Part shown: piece after piece, positions 19,186-20,000 of the stretch
Numbering within the stretch: the first letter of the stretch is position 1
Layout of the letters: every line of letters begins with the position of its first letter
Origin: Chiloscyllium plagiosum
Taxonomy: Eukaryota
Assembly: GCF_004010195.1 (NCBI RefSeq)
Contig: NC_057720.1
Coordinates: forward strand, 19,010,861 to 19,030,860
Length of the DNA: 20,000 nucleotides
Direction of reading: 5' to 3'
Position numbers and translations under genes: made by a program
Notes under the pieces: model-generated
The model's input: only the letters and a program-made list of their open reading frames with translations
Told to the model about the DNA's origin: nothing
The model's database searches: none

Positions 19186-20000
19186 TTGAAGAAGTTTTCC
19201 TCCTCTCTCTACAAGAATTTCAGGGAGTCCCTCTCACTGCAACTCCCAGGTCATTTCCTCTGCCCTGAAGCTCTTCAACCATGTCCTGAAACAAACTCGC
19301 TACCACAGCCACATTTGCTTCCTCAGTGCCTGCCTCCGTAACCAACTCATCCCACATGGACTCCGGACCACCTTTAAACCAGCAGAGTTTGGAACCGAAC
19401 AGGATAAACAGTACAGACTACAGATTCAAAAACACCAGCAACAGTTCTCCTTAAAGATCCTCCACTCCACGCTTGCAGCAATGCGCCGGCACCTAACCTC
19501 TGTACAGTCAGCCCTACCTCAGCTGAGGGCCACACTCTCTCAGAATTGCATAGGACCCACTCTGTACTACATCCTCAGGAGAATTCATACTCTCAGCAAA
19601 CAGTATTTCAACTCCATCTCAAACATCAAAAACTGTAAGTACAACAAACTTTTATCTACCCACCTCCATAACCAGTGCTCCTCAAACATTCCAGAAGATT
19701 CTGCCGGCCTCTGGAACTGCTCGGATGCCATTAGCCATGTGGCTGGTGCAGCTGCCATCCCCACGCTGATTGATGATGTCACTTCTGCCCCCATCATGGC
19801 CACTCCCACAACTACTTCCGCCCCTCTCATGCATCACACGTGACAGCATGTCCACCCCTCACATCATCGCTGATGTCACACGCTCAGTGACTTCCACCAC
19901 CCCGACTGCTGTGTCTGCCACCACTTCCGCCCCCACCAACGCCACTCACCTGCATTCTGCTGACACGCCCCCCACAGATCATCCTACTGCCATTCTTCCC
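19186..20000 (+). mobile_element. 5' region of a Penelope-like retroelement inserted into CR1 (runs off the window)
   Basis: CR1 homology stops abruptly at ~19185 and composition becomes C/A-rich. The frame open from 19235 to 19843 encodes ...KQTRYHSHICFLSACLRNQLIPHGLRTTF..., the H-x2-FL-x2-C-x4-LIPxGL motif I recognise from PLE N-termini. Confidence 0.75.
19235..19843 (+). pseudogene. PLE ORF N-terminal domain (frameshifted near 19234 and near 19842)
   Basis: HCNSQVISSALKLFNHVLKQTRYHSHICFLSACLRNQLIPHGL...STLAA is in frame with the 19481 ORF (MRRHLTSVQ...). A +1 frame from 19842 stays open to the window end (DSMSTPHIIADVTRSVTSTTPTAVSATTSAPT...). Confidence 0.7.

Larger units (their letters stand above)
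7994..20000 (+). other. Intron 1 of the FNBP1-family gene (continues beyond the window)
   Basis: Starts at GTAAGT. No acceptor followed by DQFxxLxxHTQWG (expected exon 2) was seen downstream. Confidence 0.8.

Noticed and set aside
18691..19341. 216-aa ORF as a host gene
   Set aside because: It is a chimera of CR1 RT, frameshifted CR1 and out-of-frame PLE sequence across the insertion junction.

Overview
Eukaryotic, repeat-rich vertebrate DNA. The repeat families look like cartilaginous fish (shark) from recall; this was not checked against a database. The one clearly recognisable host-gene feature is a GC/CpG-rich promoter island (~7540-8900) containing the 24-nt first coding exon of an F-BAR gene of the FNBP1/FNBP1L/TRIP10 (CIP4) family (MHWGTELW|gtaagt, 7970-7993, + strand). 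Everything after 7994 appears to be its first intron. The rest is mostly decayed CR1-type LINEs (one near full-length copy at ~2100-6266 with an SGNH-esterase ORF1), tRNA-derived SINEs and Penelope-like element (PLE) sequence. The strongest unexplained signal is a set of eight short PLE-tail insertions from about three families. Each carries a minimal type I hammerhead-ribozyme motif with a palindromic, loop-less stem III; several have target-site duplications, three are fold-back (inverted) pairs, and nearly all end or turn around right at the 5' edge of the ribozyme. Other notable items are a perfect 165-bp palindrome with an adjacent 38-bp tandem duplication (16297-16503), the 5' end of a PLE ORF (19186-20000), and a weak candidate signal-peptide exon of a divergent gene (485-556, - strand). 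Most ORFs in the supplied track are LINE fragments or spurious.
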